Assembly (NCBI GenBank): GCA_963667665.2
Contig: OY763927.2
Coordinates: forward strand, 384,001 to 448,000
Direction: 5' to 3'
Length of the DNA: 64,000 nt
Origin: Nitrosopumilus sp.
GTDB lineage: Archaea > Thermoproteota > Nitrososphaeria > Nitrososphaerales > Nitrosopumilaceae
Shown in pieces: positions 43,785-53,662 of this stretch. The first letter of the stretch is position 1, and each line of letters starts with the position of its first letter. The position numbers were made by a program, and so were the translations under genes. The notes under the pieces are model-generated. The model was not told the origin of the DNA and searched no databases. It saw only the letters and a program-made list of their open reading frames with translations.

Positions 43785-44942
43785 ATGTCTTCTGATTCTC
43801 AAGATATACGACGTGCAATTTTGGCAAAATGGCACGAGTCTCTTTCAAAATATGGGAATCTATTTTCTTCTGATTCATTAAGTGGTACTAGCCCCCCATC
43901 TGTTTTTGTTGGTTCTTATGATTATCCCAAAGTCTTTGTTGGTCCAATGGTTCCACCAATTCATGGTGATACCAGTCTACTTGACAGTCCTGAAAAATGG
44001 AAAGGTAAATCTCTTGAAGAAATTGTTAATTTTAGATTAAACTTGATTCGTGGAATACAGAAAATTTCTATAACTCAAACAGATGGACGATACATTGAAA
44101 ATCTTCAAGAGGTAACAATGTCATCAAAGCCTACAGATTCTGATTTAATTTTTCATAAAGCTACATCTCCAAGTGTGTCCCTTGATGGTGAAAGTGCCCC
44201 ATTTGGTCCAATCGGTGAAATAAAATCCGCTAAATTTTCTGGAACTTCTTCTGTCAAATCAATTGAAAAAATATTTTATGATAAAGATTTGAAAGCACAA
44301 GATGCAGTTTTGAATTTATATAATTCTGGAATTGAAATTTCTAAAATTCAAAAATGTTTTAGTATTGGAATGCTTGGGCAAAAAAGAAAACTAGTTCCAA
44401 CAAAATGGAGCATAACTGCAACTGATGATATTATTTCTAAATCTCTTACAGATGAAATTTTAGATTATAATTTAATTGATTCATGTAGAGTTTTTTCATA
44501 TGAACATCTAGGAAATGTTTTCTCAATTGTCTTGTTTCCTCACAGGTGGATATATGAAATGATTGAAGCCTGGTATTCAAATGGAATTTTGGGATTTGGG
44601 TCTGACTCTGAGGACGCTCGTGGGATTAATCATCCTCCTGCTATTGCTGGTGCTTATTTTGCAGCCAAATTGGGTGTTGTAGAATATTTGTCTGAAAAGA
44701 AAATTCAAGCCGGAGTTGTAATTCTTAGAGAAATTAGGCCAGAATATGCTATTCCTGTTGGTGTATGGCAAGTTCGTGAAGGAATTCGTGAGGCAATGAA
44801 GCAAAAACCTGCAATATCTAATACCTTTGATCAAGCACTCCTTTTGGCATCAAATAAGATGAGTATCAGTAAATCTGAATGGCTTTCACATGGAAAAATC
44901 TCACAAATTATTAGACAAAAAACTCTGTCTGATTTCTTTTAG
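43785..44942 (+). CDS. nreA: Nre family DNA repair protein
   Basis: SPPSVFVG..YPKV, RKLVPTKWSITATDD, PVGVWQVRE, C-terminal PIP box QKTLSDFF. Confidence 0.93.
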   Translation: MSSDSQDIRRAILAKWHESLSKYGNLFSSDSLSGTSPPSVFVGSYDYPKVFVGPMVPPIHGDTSLLDSPEKWKGKSLEEIVNFRLNLIRGIQKISITQTDGRYIENLQEVTMSSKPTDSDLIFHKATSPSVSLDGESAPFGPIGEIKSAKFSGTSSVKSIEKIFYDKDLKAQDAVLNLYNSGIEISKIQKCFSIGMLGQKRKLVPTKWSITATDDIISKSLTDEILDYNLIDSCRVFSYEHLGNVFSIVLFPHRWIYEMIEAWYSNGILGFGSDSEDARGINHPPAIAGAYFAAKLGVVEYLSEKKIQAGVVILREIRPEYAIPVGVWQVREGIREAMKQKPAISNTFDQALLLASNKMSISKSEWLSHGKISQIIRQKTLSDFF

Positions 44943-44967
44943 TTTTTAACAAAAAATTTGATGGTGT

Positions 44968-45249
44968 TTATGCCATCTCTGTAGCAACTTGTTTTTTTGC
45001 ACGTCTTTTTTTGATCAAACTAAACATTATCATTCCAACATTAATTATTGAAATAATTTCAATCAGGTCTACTCCGTACAAGAACCAATCAATTACTGGA
45101 TGAATTCTAGATACAATTCCTGCTTCTAACATTATATCTGCGTTCCATATCATATGTGGAATTTGAATGAATTGTATTATTGCAATAATTACTATACTTC
45201 CTAGAATTTTATTTTCATACCATAGCCAAAATTTATTCCATGCATTCAT
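44968..45249 (-). CDS. Small two-TM membrane protein
   Basis: Two hydrophobic segments; QIPHM.W and GVDLIE. Confidence 0.75.
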   Translation of the reverse strand: MNAWNKFWLWYENKILGSIVIIAIIQFIQIPHMIWNADIMLEAGIVSRIHPVIDWFLYGVDLIEIISIINVGMIMFSLIKKRRAKKQVATEMA

Positions 45250-45289
45250 GTATTATGTTGCTGAATAATTCTATTAAACACTACGAAAA

Positions 45290-45366
45290 TTAGACACAAC
45301 TAATTAGATTCACCTAATTTTTTTGGGCTCAAAAATAATTAGTTTGAACTAATTAGTACAAACTAA
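45290..45366. promoter_or_regulatory. Four TTAG-N6-CTAA palindromes (two abutting pairs)
   Basis: 45290-45303, 45304-45317, 45339-45352, 45353-45366; just upstream of the TATA-like box of the 44968-45249 gene. Confidence 0.65.
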
Positions 45367-46751
45367 TTTTCAGCTTTAATGTTTTCTTTTTTCATCCAGA
45401 TTGTTTTTTCTTTATGATCAATTAATTCTATATTCATCTCATTTAGTTTGTCTCTAATTTTATCTGCATCTTCAAATTGTTTTTCTTTTCTAAATTGTTC
45501 TCTATTTTTAATTAGATTGTCTATCTTTTTTTTTTTATTTTCTGTCATTACTGGAATGCTTAATCCCAAAATATCTAACATTCTTTGTAATTCTATTTTG
45601 ATAATTTGTGCATCTTCTTTTCCAAGTTTTTCTTCAGCTGCTAATCTGTTTGCTTCTTTGACTAGTCGGAAAAAAGATGACAATGCAAGATGTGTGTTAA
45701 AATCACTTTCCAACGAATTATCAAATTCAGTACTAGCCTTTTGGATTATTTGATTGACATCTTCACGATTTTCACTATCTGCATGAATTAGTTCATAGTA
45801 GCATGTCTCAACTTGCCTCCACTTAATGAGATTTTCATTTAACAACTCTTCTGAATAATCAATTGGTTTTGAATAATGTCCTGATAGACAGAATAATCTG
45901 ATGATATTAGATCCCCAATTCTCTAAAACATGTTTAACTGATTTTATGTTTCCAAGGGATTTTGACATCTTTTCTCCACTAATTGTTACCATTCCTACAT
46001 GCATCCAAATTTTTGCAAATGTAGAATCTGTGTGAGACTCTGACTGTGCAATCTCGTTTTCATGATGAGGAAATATCAGGTCTCTTCCGCCACCATGAAT
46101 CTCAAAGTTTTCTCCAAGATACTTTATACTCATTGCGGAGCATTCTATGTGCCATCCAGGTCTCCCTTTTCCCCATGGGCTATCCCACACAGGTTTTGTA
46201 TCTGAGAATTTCCACACTGCAAAATCTAATGGATCATTTTTTGTTTCATCCACTTCAATTCTTGCCCCTGATTGAAGTTCATCTATTTTCTTTTTTGATA
46301 ATTTTCCATATTCTGGAAATTTTGATATTGAGAAATAGACACCATTTTTAGAAATATATGCAATTTGTTTTTCAACCAGTTTTTCAATAAATTTGATGAT
46401 ATCTTCAATATGCTCTGTGGCTTTAGGATAGTTTGTTGCACGTTTTACATTTAATCCATCAAAATCTCTGAAATAATTCTCAATGTATTTTGTGCTGATT
46501 TTTTCTGCAGTTGTGTTATCTGATTGTGCACGATTGATGATTTTGTCATCTACATCAGTAAAATTTTGAATAAAATCAATTTCTGCTCCTTTTCTCTCTA
46601 GATATTTTCTTAATACATCAAAAACTATGATGGTTCTTGCATGTCCAATGTGAGATTCGTCATAAACTGTCACCCCACATAGATAAATTCTGACTTTTTT
46701 TGAAATGTCTAATTCTTGCTCTGAATTTGATAACGTATCTTGAAGTTTCAT
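45363..46751 (-). CDS. cysS: Cysteine--tRNA ligase
   Basis: CGVTVYD..HIGHAR, GRPGWHIECSAM, KMSKSLGN. Confidence 0.98.
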   Translation of the reverse strand: MKLQDTLSNSEQELDISKKVRIYLCGVTVYDESHIGHARTIIVFDVLRKYLERKGAEIDFIQNFTDVDDKIINRAQSDNTTAEKISTKYIENYFRDFDGLNVKRATNYPKATEHIEDIIKFIEKLVEKQIAYISKNGVYFSISKFPEYGKLSKKKIDELQSGARIEVDETKNDPLDFAVWKFSDTKPVWDSPWGKGRPGWHIECSAMSIKYLGENFEIHGGGRDLIFPHHENEIAQSESHTDSTFAKIWMHVGMVTISGEKMSKSLGNIKSVKHVLENWGSNIIRLFCLSGHYSKPIDYSEELLNENLIKWRQVETCYYELIHADSENREDVNQIIQKASTEFDNSLESDFNTHLALSSFFRLVKEANRLAAEEKLGKEDAQIIKIELQRMLDILGLSIPVMTENKKKKIDNLIKNREQFRKEKQFEDADKIRDKLNEMNIELIDHKEKTIWMKKENIKAEN

Positions 46752-46753
46752 TC

Positions 46754-47542
46754 TTATTCTCTATCTGGTTTTTGTGCTTGCAATCTTTTATGTTCGCTGT
46801 TTATGTTTAATTTGTGGACTTTATCTACAATTGAGTTTTCAATTTGAGTTATTTTTACTGTTTCATCAATAGATAATTTTTTGTCACATAAACAATACAG
46901 TATAGAATCTATTTTCTCATATGATACACCTAGTTCTTCTGCTGCGTCATGCTCTTTCCATAAATGTGGACTACTCTTTTTTGAAATAATTTTATCTGGC
47001 ACTCCAAGATACTTTGCAATTTCTCTTACTTGGAGTTTGTATAGAGATATAATTGGAGTAATATCTGATGCACCATCTCCAAATTTTGTGAAATAACCAA
47101 TTAGGTTTTCACTTTTGTCACTTGATCCTAAAACTAGATAGTTTTTGACATTTGCATAGTAATACAAAATATTAGTTCTAATTCTTGCACGAAGATTCCC
47201 TTTGGCTTTTTCATTTGGTTCAAGATACATGGAGTATTCATTTACAATTGGTTTGATATCGATTAATTTGTATTCTATTCCTGTTAATGAAATCATTTTG
47301 AGAGCATCTTCAGTTTCTAATGGTGTGATGGACGTATCTGGCATTATAATTGCTAGTGTCTTTTCTTTTAGTTTTCTTTTACAGATATAAGCTAAAACTG
47401 CTGAATCAATTCCTCCACTTAATCCTAAAATGATTCCTTTTGCATTATTTTTTTCTATTTGTTCTGATAAGAATTTCTCAATTGTTTCAGTAATTGAAGC
47501 ATAGTCGATATTTTTTATCTCATTAATGATATCTTGATTCAA
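46754..47542 (-). CDS. nadE: NH3-dependent NAD+ synthetase
   Basis: GLSGGIDS, GNLRARIR, GYFTKFGDG, SEHKR. Confidence 0.97.
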   Translation of the reverse strand: MNQDIINEIKNIDYASITETIEKFLSEQIEKNNAKGIILGLSGGIDSAVLAYICKRKLKEKTLAIIMPDTSITPLETEDALKMISLTGIEYKLIDIKPIVNEYSMYLEPNEKAKGNLRARIRTNILYYYANVKNYLVLGSSDKSENLIGYFTKFGDGASDITPIISLYKLQVREIAKYLGVPDKIISKKSSPHLWKEHDAAEELGVSYEKIDSILYCLCDKKLSIDETVKITQIENSIVDKVHKLNINSEHKRLQAQKPDRE

Positions 47543-47690
47543 TAATTAATTTGAAGAATATATGAATAAAAATTATGCCTAATTTTGATTCTAAATAAGT
47601 TCATTTTGAACACACATTATTCCTTATACTAATTTGACATACAAAAATTACAGAATAATCTGTGCCCAACATAACCCATACCTAGCATAA

Positions 47691-47719
47691 GGGGAGGGAA
47701 ATTTGTCCCTTCTCTTTTT
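47691..47719 (+). terminator. Hairpin plus T-tract
   Basis: GGGGAGGGA-AATTTG-TCCCTTCTC-TTTTT. Confidence 0.5.
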
Positions 47720-47775
47720 GCATTTAATTTTTAGAATTTTTACTATTGTAAATTATCTAGAATCATTCACTACTT

Positions 47776-48078
47776 TTAGATATCCACGTAAATGCCATCA
47801 TCTCTTGACTCTACAGAATATGTTCCCAGTTTGACATCTTTTAGATAGTCATTAAGTTGACCTGTTTTGATATTGTAATGCCAAAAGTGTAATGGGCATT
47901 CTATAATATCTCCGTCTAATTTCCCACCAGCAATTGAGCCATCTTGATGAACACAAAGATCATCTAATGCATGAAAACCATCTTGATTGAATATTGCAAT
48001 TTGTTTTCCCTCAATCTTGAAGGCTTTGCCCTTTCCTGCAGCAATTTCTCCCTTATCTGCAATTTTCTTCCAAGTCAA
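47776..48078 (-). CDS. Rieske 2Fe-2S ferredoxin
   Basis: CVH...CPLH; TTG start assumed. Confidence 0.92.
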   Translation of the reverse strand: MTWKKIADKGEIAAGKGKAFKIEGKQIAIFNQDGFHALDDLCVHQDGSIAGGKLDGDIIECPLHFWHYNIKTGQLNDYLKDVKLGTYSVESRDDGIYVDI

Positions 48079-48153
48079 TAATTTTGCGATACATTTCTCA
48101 TTTATTATTATTCGCATGATAGGATTTTATAGCCTAATTCAAGAATTTGTTCA

Positions 48154-49395
48154 TTGAGTAAAGTAAAGTCTAGTCCAAAATTAATCAAAGAAGGTAAATT
48201 GTCTTACGAGTGGGCTAGATCCCATATGCAAATTCTAGATAATACTATTAATCGGCATAAAAAGTCAAAACCTCTAAAGGGCATCACACTTGGTTTTTGC
48301 TTACACATTACAAAAGAGACTTCAGTTTTATTAATTGGGGCTAAAGAACTAGGTGCCACTGTTGCATGTTGTGGTGGCAATCCATTAACTACACAGGATA
48401 GTATTTCTGCATTTTTGGTATCTCAAGGAATCCATGTATATGCATGGCATGGTCAATCAGTCAAAGATTATGATTGGTGTATTGATCAAGTATTGAAACA
48501 CAAACCAACCATTCTAACTGATGATGGTGCTGATATGAATATCAAAGCTCATTTTGATAAAAGATTCAAGAACCTGAAGATCCTTGGGGCAACTGAAGAA
48601 ACGACTGCTGGTGTTACTCGAATTCGAGCTGTAGAGAATCAAGGAAAACTTCGATATCCTGTAATTTTAGTTAATGAAGCATATACAAAACACATGTTTG
48701 ATAATCGATATGGTACAGGACAAAGTACTGTTGATGGGTATCTTCGTGCCATGAATTTGCTTATGGCATCAAAACGTGTGGTGATAGTTGGATATGGTTG
48801 GGTTGGACGTGGTGTTGCATCAAGATTTCATGGAATGGGTTCAAAAATAATTGTCACTGAGATAGATCCAATTAAAGCTCTTGAAGCTCATATGGATGGA
48901 TTTGAAGTAATGCCAATGGCACAAGCTGCAAAGATTGGTGATATCTTCATTACATGTACTGGAATGACTAGTGTAATTAGAAAAGAACACATCCTACAAA
49001 TGAAAGACGGTGCCATTATGGGAAATGTCGGTCACTTTGATGTAGAAATTGACAGTGCATTCTTACTAAAGAAATCAAAATCTGTTAAAGAAGTAAGGCC
49101 AAATCTTGATGAATGTATTTTGAAAAATGGGAAAAGAGTCTATCTAATTGGTGAGGGACGACTCGCAAACTTAGTTGCAGCAGAAGGACACCCTCCAGAA
49201 GTTATGGCACAATCCTTCTCAAATCAAATTCTATCTGTTTTGTATATTCTCAAAAATCACAAACAAATGGAAAATAAAATCATCGATGTTCCAGAAGCTA
49301 TTGATAAACAAGTTGCAGTTGATGCTCTAAAGGCAATGGATGTTAAAATCGATAAACTTACTGCTGAACAAGTAAAGTATGCTAACAGCTGGTAA
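48154..49395 (+). CDS. ahcY: Adenosylhomocysteinase
   Basis: EETTAG, KHMFDNRYGTGQS, GYGWVGRG, GHFDVEID, GHPPEVM. Confidence 0.98.
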   Translation: MSKVKSSPKLIKEGKLSYEWARSHMQILDNTINRHKKSKPLKGITLGFCLHITKETSVLLIGAKELGATVACCGGNPLTTQDSISAFLVSQGIHVYAWHGQSVKDYDWCIDQVLKHKPTILTDDGADMNIKAHFDKRFKNLKILGATEETTAGVTRIRAVENQGKLRYPVILVNEAYTKHMFDNRYGTGQSTVDGYLRAMNLLMASKRVVIVGYGWVGRGVASRFHGMGSKIIVTEIDPIKALEAHMDGFEVMPMAQAAKIGDIFITCTGMTSVIRKEHILQMKDGAIMGNVGHFDVEIDSAFLLKKSKSVKEVRPNLDECILKNGKRVYLIGEGRLANLVAAEGHPPEVMAQSFSNQILSVLYILKNHKQMENKIIDVPEAIDKQVAVDALKAMDVKIDKLTAEQVKYANSW

Positions 49396-49437
49396 TTCTC
49401 TAAGCTAATTTTTTAGCAAATCAGCTAACGATATTAT

Positions 49438-49743
49438 ATGTATTATTTTTTTTTAAATAATTTTATGGCTTTGTGTGAATGTATTTTATCTGATACTACT
49501 CTGGAACACATCCTAATTCTTCAAAAAATTCTTCAAAAGAGCTCTTCTATGTGTGGTAGATCTGAAACTGTAGAGATTTTATTGAAATACATTGTTTCAA
49601 ATGTTTATGATATCCCTGTAAATGATCTTATTCTTATCGATGATTATTTTTCAGCACATCCTTCATTTCTACATGCATTTTATAATGACTTTATGGTATC
49701 TGCTACTTTTGTCTCAAATCCCTATTTTCAAAATAATCGTTGA
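49438..49743 (+). CDS. Hypothetical protein
   Basis: 101-aa ORF, no recognised motif. Confidence 0.45.
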   Translation: MYYFFLNNFMALCECILSDTTLEHILILQKILQKSSSMCGRSETVEILLKYIVSNVYDIPVNDLILIDDYFSAHPSFLHAFYNDFMVSATFVSNPYFQNNR

Positions 49744-49859
49744 TGATAAAATTGTTAGATAATTTCTTCAAGGGTAATGGAAATCGTCTGATAACTTGCG
49801 GGTGTTGTTCAGAAACAATACCTATCAAATACATTGAACGACACTTACTAGCGCATTAG
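49743..49859 (+). CDS. Small C2H2-like Zn-finger protein (38 aa)
   Basis: MIKLLDNFF...TCGCCSETIPIKYIERHLLAH; TGATG overlap with the upstream ORF. Confidence 0.55.
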   Translation: MIKLLDNFFKGNGNRLITCGCCSETIPIKYIERHLLAH

Positions 49860-49902
49860 TCTAAAACTTCTTAACCTCAATATTGTTCTTGAGCAATATC
49901 AA

Positions 49903-51558
49903 ATGAACAACAAAGCTATCATTACAAGTGCATTACCTTATGCAAATGGAGAGATCCATTTGGGTCATGTTGCATCAACGTATCTTCCTGCAGATGTCAC
50001 TACCAGATTTTTAAAACTTAATGGCGTGGAGGCATACTATGTTTGTGCATCTGATGATTTTGGAACTCCTATCTTAATTCAATCAGAAAAAGAAGGTAAA
50101 ACTCCTGCTGAATATGTTGCTCATTGGAACAAGCGTGATTATGAAGATTTTACCGCATTTAATATAGAATTTGATTATTTTTACAAGACTAGCTCTTCTG
50201 AAAATATAGAATTTGTTCAGGATGTCTTCAAAAAACTAAATGATGCAGGACACATCTATGAGAAAGAAATTATCCAATTCTATTGTAATAATGATAAAAA
50301 ATTCTTACCTGACAGATACGTCAAAGGTATATGTCCTTATTGTAATGCAGAAGATCAATACTCTGATCTTTGTGAAAGTTGTAGTCGTGTTCCTGATGAA
50401 ATTAGAAATCCTAAATGCTCTCTTTGTGGTCAACCTCCAACTAAAGAAAAAACAAATCACTATTTTTTCAAACTCAAAAATTTTGAAGATTCTTTATCTA
50501 AATGGCTAGATGAAAATGAACATCTCCAAAAAGATGTCAAAAAATATGTTCAAAATTGGATAAAGTCTGGTTTAATTGATTGGGATATCACTCGAGATAT
50601 CTCTTGGGGTGTTCCAGTACCACTTGATAATGCCAAAGACAAAGTCTTCTATGGATGGTTTGATAACCATTTAGCATACATTTCAACTGCAGTAAAATTC
50701 CTAAACGAAAAAGGAATTGATGGAAAAGAATTTTGGAATTCTGCTGACATTTATCATTTTATTGGAAAAGATATTGTGTATCATCATTTTCTTTTCTTAC
50801 CTGCAATGCGATTGGGAATAAATAGTGAGTACAAATTACCTGATTACATTCCAACTAGAGGTCATCTTACACTTCAAGCAAAGAAAATTTCTAAAAGCAG
50901 AAATTGGTATATTGGCCTAAAAGAATTTTTAGAATATTATCCTGCAGATTATCTTAGATATTATTTGGTATCGATTAATCCATATTCTCAGGATGATTTG
51001 AATTTTGATTGGAATGATTTTACTACCAGAATCAATTCTGAATTGATTGGAAATCTTGGCAACTTTGTTAATCGTGCTTTAGGATTTACCAAAAAAGCAT
51101 TTGATGGAAAAATTCCTGAAACTGAATCCTTTGATGAGAATGACTCTGCAGCAGAGCAAAAGATCAAAACTCTTGCAACTGATGTAGGCTCTCTTATGGA
51201 ACAAAATCATCTTGATAGGGCTTTGAAGAAAGTAATGGAGTTTTCATCATTTTTTAACCAATATTTTCAACATAAGGAACCTTGGAAAAATGGTCCTGGA
51301 ACTACAAATTGTGTATATCTTTCAGTTAATGCTGTTAGAAGCATAGCAATTGTACTATTCCCATTTCTTCCAGAATCTGCTCAAAAAATTTGGAATCAAT
51401 TAGGTCTTGATGGTAATGTCAATGAATTTTCTTGGAATGATATTTCTGTTTTAGGTATTTCTTCTGGTCATACATTAGGTGATGTGTCTCCTTTGTTTGC
51501 AAAAGTAGAAGAATCTGATATTGCAAAATATAAAAAACTACTAGGACCATCTGAGTAA
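49903..51558 (+). CDS. metG: Methionine--tRNA ligase
   Basis: ALPYANG.IHLGH, DWDITRD..WG, FIGKDI, KISKSR. Confidence 0.98.
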   Translation: MNNKAIITSALPYANGEIHLGHVASTYLPADVTTRFLKLNGVEAYYVCASDDFGTPILIQSEKEGKTPAEYVAHWNKRDYEDFTAFNIEFDYFYKTSSSENIEFVQDVFKKLNDAGHIYEKEIIQFYCNNDKKFLPDRYVKGICPYCNAEDQYSDLCESCSRVPDEIRNPKCSLCGQPPTKEKTNHYFFKLKNFEDSLSKWLDENEHLQKDVKKYVQNWIKSGLIDWDITRDISWGVPVPLDNAKDKVFYGWFDNHLAYISTAVKFLNEKGIDGKEFWNSADIYHFIGKDIVYHHFLFLPAMRLGINSEYKLPDYIPTRGHLTLQAKKISKSRNWYIGLKEFLEYYPADYLRYYLVSINPYSQDDLNFDWNDFTTRINSELIGNLGNFVNRALGFTKKAFDGKIPETESFDENDSAAEQKIKTLATDVGSLMEQNHLDRALKKVMEFSSFFNQYFQHKEPWKNGPGTTNCVYLSVNAVRSIAIVLFPFLPESAQKIWNQLGLDGNVNEFSWNDISVLGISSGHTLGDVSPLFAKVEESDIAKYKKLLGPSE

Positions 51559-51560
51559 AA

Positions 51561-52313
51561 ATGAAACCTGTAACAAGAATTTCTACTAGAGGATACTATG
51601 ATCTAAGTACTGGAAAAACTCTCAAAAATAATTTTTATTATTTGTATCTAAAAAAAGATTTTAAAAAATTAATTGGATCAAAAGAACTTACAATAATTAT
51701 TCATGGTTTACAAAATGACCGTGCTGGCGCAGTTGCCAAAGTTGTCTTGGCAAGAAATCGCCTACGTAAATTAGGATATTCTCATCCAATAATTGGTTTT
51801 AGTTATGATTCAAACACTACAGGTTCTTATTCAATAATACATGCAAAGCATGCACTTGCAGTTGGTCAAATAATTGCAAAGAAAAATGGACGTAATCTTG
51901 GAAAATTTATTGAAGATTTTAAAACTACCAGTTCAAAAACAAAGATTCGATTAATAGGTCACTCTTTGGGTTCTCAAGTAATATTGAGTACCGTTGAATA
52001 TTTAGCAAAAAAGAAACTAAATTCAGGAATTATAGATAGTGTTTATTTTTTTGGGGCCTCCATAACTGAAGATATACCATCTTCTAAAAAATATGGTAAA
52101 ATTCTTGAAAATATTATCCATAAAAAAATCATTAATCATTATGCACCCACCGATGATGTTCTTTATTGGTCCGATAAGATGGGCTACGTGAAGGGACCGC
52201 TTGGCCTCAAAGGTGTAACTGGAAAACCAATCAGTAAATACCATCAAAAATTAGTAAAGCCCAAAAATCATAGATTTGCCAGTTATGTTGCAGTGCTAAA
52301 CTCTTACCCTTAA
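51561..52313 (+). CDS. Alpha/beta hydrolase-fold protein (DUF726-like)
   Basis: IIHG, GHSLG, final NH..ASY. Confidence 0.8.
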   Translation: MKPVTRISTRGYYDLSTGKTLKNNFYYLYLKKDFKKLIGSKELTIIIHGLQNDRAGAVAKVVLARNRLRKLGYSHPIIGFSYDSNTTGSYSIIHAKHALAVGQIIAKKNGRNLGKFIEDFKTTSSKTKIRLIGHSLGSQVILSTVEYLAKKKLNSGIIDSVYFFGASITEDIPSSKKYGKILENIIHKKIINHYAPTDDVLYWSDKMGYVKGPLGLKGVTGKPISKYHQKLVKPKNHRFASYVAVLNSYP

Positions 52314-52560
52314 TTTTCTATGGACTGTTGGTGTAGTATGATTCGTACGTTAATCTTTAATATGTGATGAAATTCATACTTTATTATGAAACCTAGGGTA
52401 TTTTGCTCATCTCATAGAAAATCTATCTTGTATCATCTGCACGTTTTGGATGAAAATTCTGAAACTTCAGTTGACCTTTCTGAATATCCTTGCTAAATTT
52501 CATAATAATGGAAAATTTTAAGTTCAAAACTTCATAAGGTCTATTTTTCACTCAAAATTA

Positions 52561-53481
52561 TTGGTAAAATCTGTAAACTTTGTAGTTTTAGGTAAACAAG
52601 ACATTGCATCTGAGTTTGGAAAAAAGGGAACTGAAACCGATCTTACTCTTTATGATCGAAAAGAATCTGATGTAATCAAAACATGGGTTACTCCAAGTGG
52701 GTTTCCTGAGAAGATACAGCCATTGTTTCAGGCAATTAATTTAGCAGAATATGTAATTTTTTATGTAGATAAATTAGATAAATTTACTGGAGAACAAATT
52801 ATTGCACTTGATTCCTTAAAAAAAGAACAAGGAATTTTATCTCATACCTTTGAAGTAGATGAATCAAAGTTAGATTCAATGATCAAAGGAACAGTAGTTG
52901 AAAAATATACAAAAGTAGATCAGGACAAAATCAAAGAAGAAATGGATAAACTGGTTCCTCTCTCAAATGATGGTCCATCTGAGATGGTAATTGATCATAC
53001 CTTTGATGTTAAAGGTGTTGGAACTGTAATTTTAGGTAAAGTAACTCGTGGAAAAGTAAAACAATATGATAATCTTAAACTCTATCCTGCAGGAATTGAT
53101 GTTCTCATAAAATCAATTCAAATGCATGATGATCCTGTTACAGAATCTATCTATCCTGGAAGAGTAGGGCTTGCAGTAAAGGGAGCAAAACCTGACGAAG
53201 TTGGACGTGGAGATGTGATTTCTGAAGAAGGAGCAGTAGATGTAAAAACAGAGATTGAACTTGATTTTCAAAAAAATCCTTTCTACAAGAGTGAAATTGC
53301 TGAAAATCAAGGCTGTTTGGTCAATATTGGATTACAAATTAAAGCTGCAAAATTCTCATCAATTTCTCCTCTAAAACTAACATTTGAAAAACCAATCGTA
53401 TGCAAAAAAGATCAAATTGCTGTGATTTTAAAACCAGAATCTACAACTATTAGAATTCTTGGCAGTGGTAAAATCAAATAA
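52561..53481 (+). CDS. EF-Tu/SelB-like protein with degenerate G domain
   Basis: IDHTFDVKGVGTVILG, IKSIQMHD, RVGLAVKG. Confidence 0.88.
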   Translation: MVKSVNFVVLGKQDIASEFGKKGTETDLTLYDRKESDVIKTWVTPSGFPEKIQPLFQAINLAEYVIFYVDKLDKFTGEQIIALDSLKKEQGILSHTFEVDESKLDSMIKGTVVEKYTKVDQDKIKEEMDKLVPLSNDGPSEMVIDHTFDVKGVGTVILGKVTRGKVKQYDNLKLYPAGIDVLIKSIQMHDDPVTESIYPGRVGLAVKGAKPDEVGRGDVISEEGAVDVKTEIELDFQKNPFYKSEIAENQGCLVNIGLQIKAAKFSSISPLKLTFEKPIVCKKDQIAVILKPESTTIRILGSGKIK

Positions 53482-53504
53482 TGAGTTAATTCTATTACAC
53501 AGTA

Positions 53505-53624
53505 ATGGAACCAGTACGTGCTTGTCCTATTTGTCCTAAATGTGGTTCAAAGAAATTTGTTAAATTACCTGGCAAAAAATTCACTGTGAAATGCCGTTCT
53601 TGTAATAAAATAATTGAAATCTAA
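53505..53624 (+). CDS. Small Zn-ribbon protein (39 aa)
   Basis: MEPVRACPICPKCGS...KCRSCNKIIEI. Confidence 0.6.
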   Translation: MEPVRACPICPKCGSKKFVKLPGKKFTVKCRSCNKIIEI

Positions 53625-53662
53625 ATTCCATAGTTAATATTTGCAATATTTCAGTCAACATC

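Noticed and set aside
52561-53481. Selenocysteine machinery (SelB)
   Set aside because: G-domain motifs are degenerate and no other sel genes are present.
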